In this document: piece by piece, positions 60,689 to 64,000 of the stretch | Position numbering within the stretch: the stretch's first letter is position 1 | How the letters are laid out: the number at the start of each line of letters is the position of its first letter | NCBI GenBank assembly: GCA_965237675.1 | Contig: OZ250150.1 | Span: forward strand, 5,312,001 to 5,376,000 | DNA length: 64,000 nucleotides | Direction of reading: 5' to 3' | From: Candidatus Latescibacterota bacterium | GTDB taxonomy: Bacteria; Latescibacterota; UBA2968; GCA-2709665 | The notes under the pieces: generated by a model | What the model was told of the DNA's origin: nothing | The model's input: the letters and a program-made list of their open reading frames with translations, nothing else | Database searches by the model: none | Position numbers and translations under genes: made by a program

Positions 60689-62761
60689 TTAAACCCGCCT
60701 GCCCTGTCTTTCCGAACGCATCACCAGGATTTCCGCAAACATCAACATCAGGGCCAGCCCCAGGGTAACCCGCCACAGTTCCCGTCCTCCACGCGATTCC
60801 CGGACAGCGCCGGCGAGGGAGGCCTGCGGTTCCACAATCCTCAGACGGGCCCCCGCGAACATCCCTGCCAGCCGGTCCTCCGACACAGGCGTTGGATCCC
60901 CTTCTTCGGCATCGATACGAACGGCGAATCGGTCCACCAGGCGGTCCCGCGCGTATATCTCCCAGAATCCAGGGACATCCACCTCGCCGACTGGCCACAC
61001 CGAGTGGACGCCGCGCTGTTCGGGCCAGATGGTTCGCGCCTCCCCACCGGGGGGTTTCAGCAAGGCCTCGCGGGCTTGAACTTCAGAACGGTTGCGATAC
61101 ACCTTTTCGCCCACCGAATAATCGGCCTGGCCGGGCGAGCCTGCCGCCAGATAGCGCGTCAGTCGATGTATGAACGGAACGAAGAGCCCCGTCAGCGGCA
61201 GGTCGGTCCAACTCAGATCGGTCTTCAAGCTGGCGGAAAGCAACGCGACACGACCGGCACCGACAGTGGTCTCGGCCAGGGCGGGGTCGCCGTTGCGGAA
61301 AAGGAGAACAGGCTGCGTTGTTTCGCCCAGCCGAATCCGGTAGTACGCGTAAAACCGGGGGCTTTGCAGCCCTTCCGAAGATGCGATGTCCCGGAAAACC
61401 GCATGATCGGGCAGCGGCTCACGCAGCCTGCGATATGTCTGATCCTGCCCGGGAGAGCCTTCAATACCCACGAGTGAAGCCGGAAACAGGCCCGGAAATA
61501 CAGCGGCATTGTAAAACCGGAAATCCACCCGATCACCCAAAATGATCATCAGGCCCATTCCGCCCTGCACCCGATATTTCAGGGCCTTCAAGGCGCCGGC
61601 GGGCAATCGCGACACGTTACACAGCACGGCCGCGTCTGTCTGTTGCAGAAGATCCGCGTTCAATTCATCAGGCCGAACCGACCGAACCGATATCGCCTGC
61701 CCCGACCCCGCGGCGAGGGCCCTTGAGGTGTAATAAGTCTCGTCTTCGGACTCGGCCACCAGCAGCACCCGGACGCGCTCCGGGATATTCAGAACCGATA
61801 TGTAAATGTTGTCCGCCGCCAGGTCGTCGTCGCCAAGCTCAACGCGCAATGGAACCTGTCCACCTCTCTCCGGAACGAACCGGAAGTGGAGACGGCGGGA
61901 GGCACCCGGCTCCGGACGTACCACCTGCTGACCGATCCGGCGTCCGTCAAGAAAAACCTGTACCGGGGCCCGCAGCCGGTCCGGGCCGCCGTAATCCGCC
62001 AACGACACCCTGAGCGTCGAAGCGCTCCCCGCGGCGAGAATCCCCTCGACAGGGGCCGCGCGGCGGATACCCATATTGTCCGGTTCCGGCGTCCGCACCG
62101 GAACGAGAAACACGGTCATTTCCCGTCCTTTAAAGAGCGTATCCGGTACGTCCAACCAACCGTTTCGAACAAAATCCGCAATGACGTAGAGCTCTTTGTT
62201 CGTAATCTCAGTTTGAGAGGCATGGGTCAGGGCAGCCTCCAGCGCGAGACGGAAATCCGTTCCCCTGTGTGTTGGCCGCATGACCTCGAGCCGGGCCGCC
62301 AGACGATCGGGACGCCCTTGCGCGACCTCCTCCACCCGGTCATCCACCTGAAACAGGCGAACATCGTCCTGGGCATCGAACAGATGCAGAACCTCTCTCA
62401 CCCGGCTTCGAGCGCGGTCAAACAGCGTTCCTTCAGGCACCCTGTAACTCATGCTCAGAGATCGGTCCAGGAGAAGCGACGCCGACGTCCGCACGGCACC
62501 CTGGCCCTCCACCCCTTTCAACGTCGGACGGGCAAAGGCAAGCACCAGGAACAATATTACCAGTGTGCGCAGAATCAACGCCAGGACCTGCTTCAACCTG
62601 ACCCGCCGCATTCGATCCTGTTGAAGCGTGTGCAAAAGGGCCACGTTGCTGAATGCTACGGTCACCGCCCGCCTTCGGTTCAGCAGGTGGATCGCCACCG
62701 GCAACAAAGCGGCCCACAGTCCGTGCAGCATCGCCGGTGATGAAAAGGAGAGACCAAACAT
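60689..62761 (-). CDS. BatA N-terminal / vWA domain membrane protein
   Basis: PVAIHLL...LRTL...LAFARP; LLDRSLSM (MIDAS-like); C-terminal TM ELW...LMFAE. Confidence 0.85.
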   Translation of the reverse strand: MFGLSFSSPAMLHGLWAALLPVAIHLLNRRRAVTVAFSNVALLHTLQQDRMRRVRLKQVLALILRTLVILFLVLAFARPTLKGVEGQGAVRTSASLLLDRSLSMSYRVPEGTLFDRARSRVREVLHLFDAQDDVRLFQVDDRVEEVAQGRPDRLAARLEVMRPTHRGTDFRLALEAALTHASQTEITNKELYVIADFVRNGWLDVPDTLFKGREMTVFLVPVRTPEPDNMGIRRAAPVEGILAAGSASTLRVSLADYGGPDRLRAPVQVFLDGRRIGQQVVRPEPGASRRLHFRFVPERGGQVPLRVELGDDDLAADNIYISVLNIPERVRVLLVAESEDETYYTSRALAAGSGQAISVRSVRPDELNADLLQQTDAAVLCNVSRLPAGALKALKYRVQGGMGLMIILGDRVDFRFYNAAVFPGLFPASLVGIEGSPGQDQTYRRLREPLPDHAVFRDIASSEGLQSPRFYAYYRIRLGETTQPVLLFRNGDPALAETTVGAGRVALLSASLKTDLSWTDLPLTGLFVPFIHRLTRYLAAGSPGQADYSVGEKVYRNRSEVQAREALLKPPGGEARTIWPEQRGVHSVWPVGEVDVPGFWEIYARDRLVDRFAVRIDAEEGDPTPVSEDRLAGMFAGARLRIVEPQASLAGAVRESRGGRELWRVTLGLALMLMFAEILVMRSERQGRRV

Positions 62762-62972
62762 GCCGTTTCAACCTTGAGTCGCAACTTCATGCGTTCGAGT
62801 GACCACATCTGAGGTGGCGGGGATGGAACCAGGTGCGCCGATTTCGACCCTTCCGACCGCGACCTCCACGGGAACCCGCCCGCCGGCGCCGGAGGTCCGC
62901 TCCAACTACAAAAAAAAACCTGCTTCTTAATCGATTGCAGGCCGTAGCATCTCCGGGCGGGGTCTTTTCAAA

Positions 62973-63434
62973 TCAGTAGTGAAGTTTCTCTTCTTCTTCA
63001 ATACAGGCAATCAGGGACTCGCGATCTTCCGACTCAATGAGGTGACGGCGAAACGCCTCTCCCTTGAGCAGGCGAGAGATGCGCGCCAACGCCTTGATAT
63101 GCGGCCCGGAAACATCCATGGGTGAAACCAGCAGGAAGAAGATGAACGTCGGCTGGTCGTCCAGCGCGTCGAAATCCACGCCTTCCCGTTTAATGCCCAG
63201 AACGCCGCCCAATTCGCTCACGAATTCGGATTTTCCGTGCGGAATGGCGATACCGTGACCGATGCCGGTACTCATAATTTCCTCGCGCAGAAGCACGGCA
63301 TCCAGGACCTTCCCCCGATCGGTAATCTTGCCATTGTCTACAGCATCGACCAATTCCTCGAGTATTTCCCGTTTGTTCCGGCCCCTCAAACCGACAATGA
63401 CCGATCGACCGGAAAGAATCTCCATCAGCGTCAT
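62973..63434 (-). CDS. PTS IIA component (fructose/mannitol/Ntr type)
   Basis: REEIMSTGIGHGIAIPH, GVDFDALD, HIKALARISR. Confidence 0.92.
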   Translation of the reverse strand: MTLMEILSGRSVIVGLRGRNKREILEELVDAVDNGKITDRGKVLDAVLLREEIMSTGIGHGIAIPHGKSEFVSELGGVLGIKREGVDFDALDDQPTFIFFLLVSPMDVSGPHIKALARISRLLKGEAFRRHLIESEDRESLIACIEEEEKLHY

Positions 63435-63646
63435 GAAAACATCTCCCGCGAACACCCCGAAACCACCGTCGAGATCCGGTGCCTGCAAAGCCCGGCCCGG
63501 CGAAGCGCAAAAATAACCCATCCCTTGTTCTTAGTCAAGGGAAAAGGCATAAAAAAACAGGGGGATACGCCAATGTCGGACCCCGGAATTCAAACGTGAG
63601 GAGTCGGCGACTCCGTTGGGTGGCGCCACACGGCCATGCGTGACAG

Positions 63647-64000
63647 CTATCCCTCCGCCCGGCCTCGAATCAGGAGTTCCCGTTCATAGCTGCGCAGCAG
63701 GTCCGATCGGGTGATTATCCCTTCCAGTTCGTCGCTCGAACGGGAACAAAATACAGGAAGGGTGTCCGCATCGGTTTTTGAAAACTGAACCAGCGCATCG
63801 GCCAGTGAACTGGAGGGTTCGAGGGTGGGCGGCGGATCTCCCATCACGTCCTCGGCGATAAGCAGTGCATGCATATCGTTCTGTAACATCACTTCCCGTA
63901 TGTCATGGAACCAGATCATGCCCTTGAACCGGCCCCTGTTGTCCATAAGCGGGAAATCGTGCAAATTGCTGCGGCCGATCAGGTCGACAATCTCACGCAA
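63647..64000 (-). CDS. C-terminal CBS-domain pair (partial; possibly chloride-channel family)
   Basis: FPLMDNRGRFKGMI, LIAEDVM, LPV...LEGIITRSDLL; runs off the window edge. Confidence 0.75.
   Translation of the reverse strand: MREIVDLIGRSNLHDFPLMDNRGRFKGMIWFHDIREVMLQNDMHALLIAEDVMGDPPPTLEPSSSLADALVQFSKTDADTLPVFCSRSSDELEGIITRSDLLRSYERELLIRGRAEG

Noticed and set aside
62810-62870. tRNA-Sec or SRP RNA
   Set aside because: Has GGAAG and CCGCCA-like pieces on the minus strand but is too short. It lacks a cloverleaf, a TCA anticodon and the SRP GGAA-loop motif.

Overview
GC-rich bacterial chromosome segment. Repeated cohesin, dockerin-like (paired EF-hand), cadherin and FnIII surface modules, together with many sulfatase, PhyH and dipeptidase genes, resemble Latescibacterota/Gemmatimonadota-like, possibly sponge-associated genomes; this taxonomy is inference only. 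The core backbone includes pdxJ, mmsA, amtB, xerC, topA, a PTS IIA gene, tRNA-Pro genes and catabolic clusters. It is interrupted by three accessory regions. (1) At 4-9 kb, an RtcR-like sigma54 activator has its 5' end and palindromic operator duplicated around a cassette of a Schlafen/AlbA_2 gene, a DNA methyltransferase and a decayed partner gene. (2) At 29.2-33.7 kb, a tRNA-Pro(TGG)-integrated islet carries a HEPN-motif protein, an IS1380 element and a DUF3800 gene with a convergent, promoter-driven, structured small RNA candidate. (3) At 47.5-52 kb there are a PD-(D/E)xK protein, a RelE-type toxin-antitoxin pair and a broken type ISP restriction-modification gene. Other highlights are a probable selenocysteine-containing sulfurtransferase missed by the ORF track and an exported PEP/pyruvate-binding-domain adhesin. 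All family assignments come from motif recognition by eye, not database searches.
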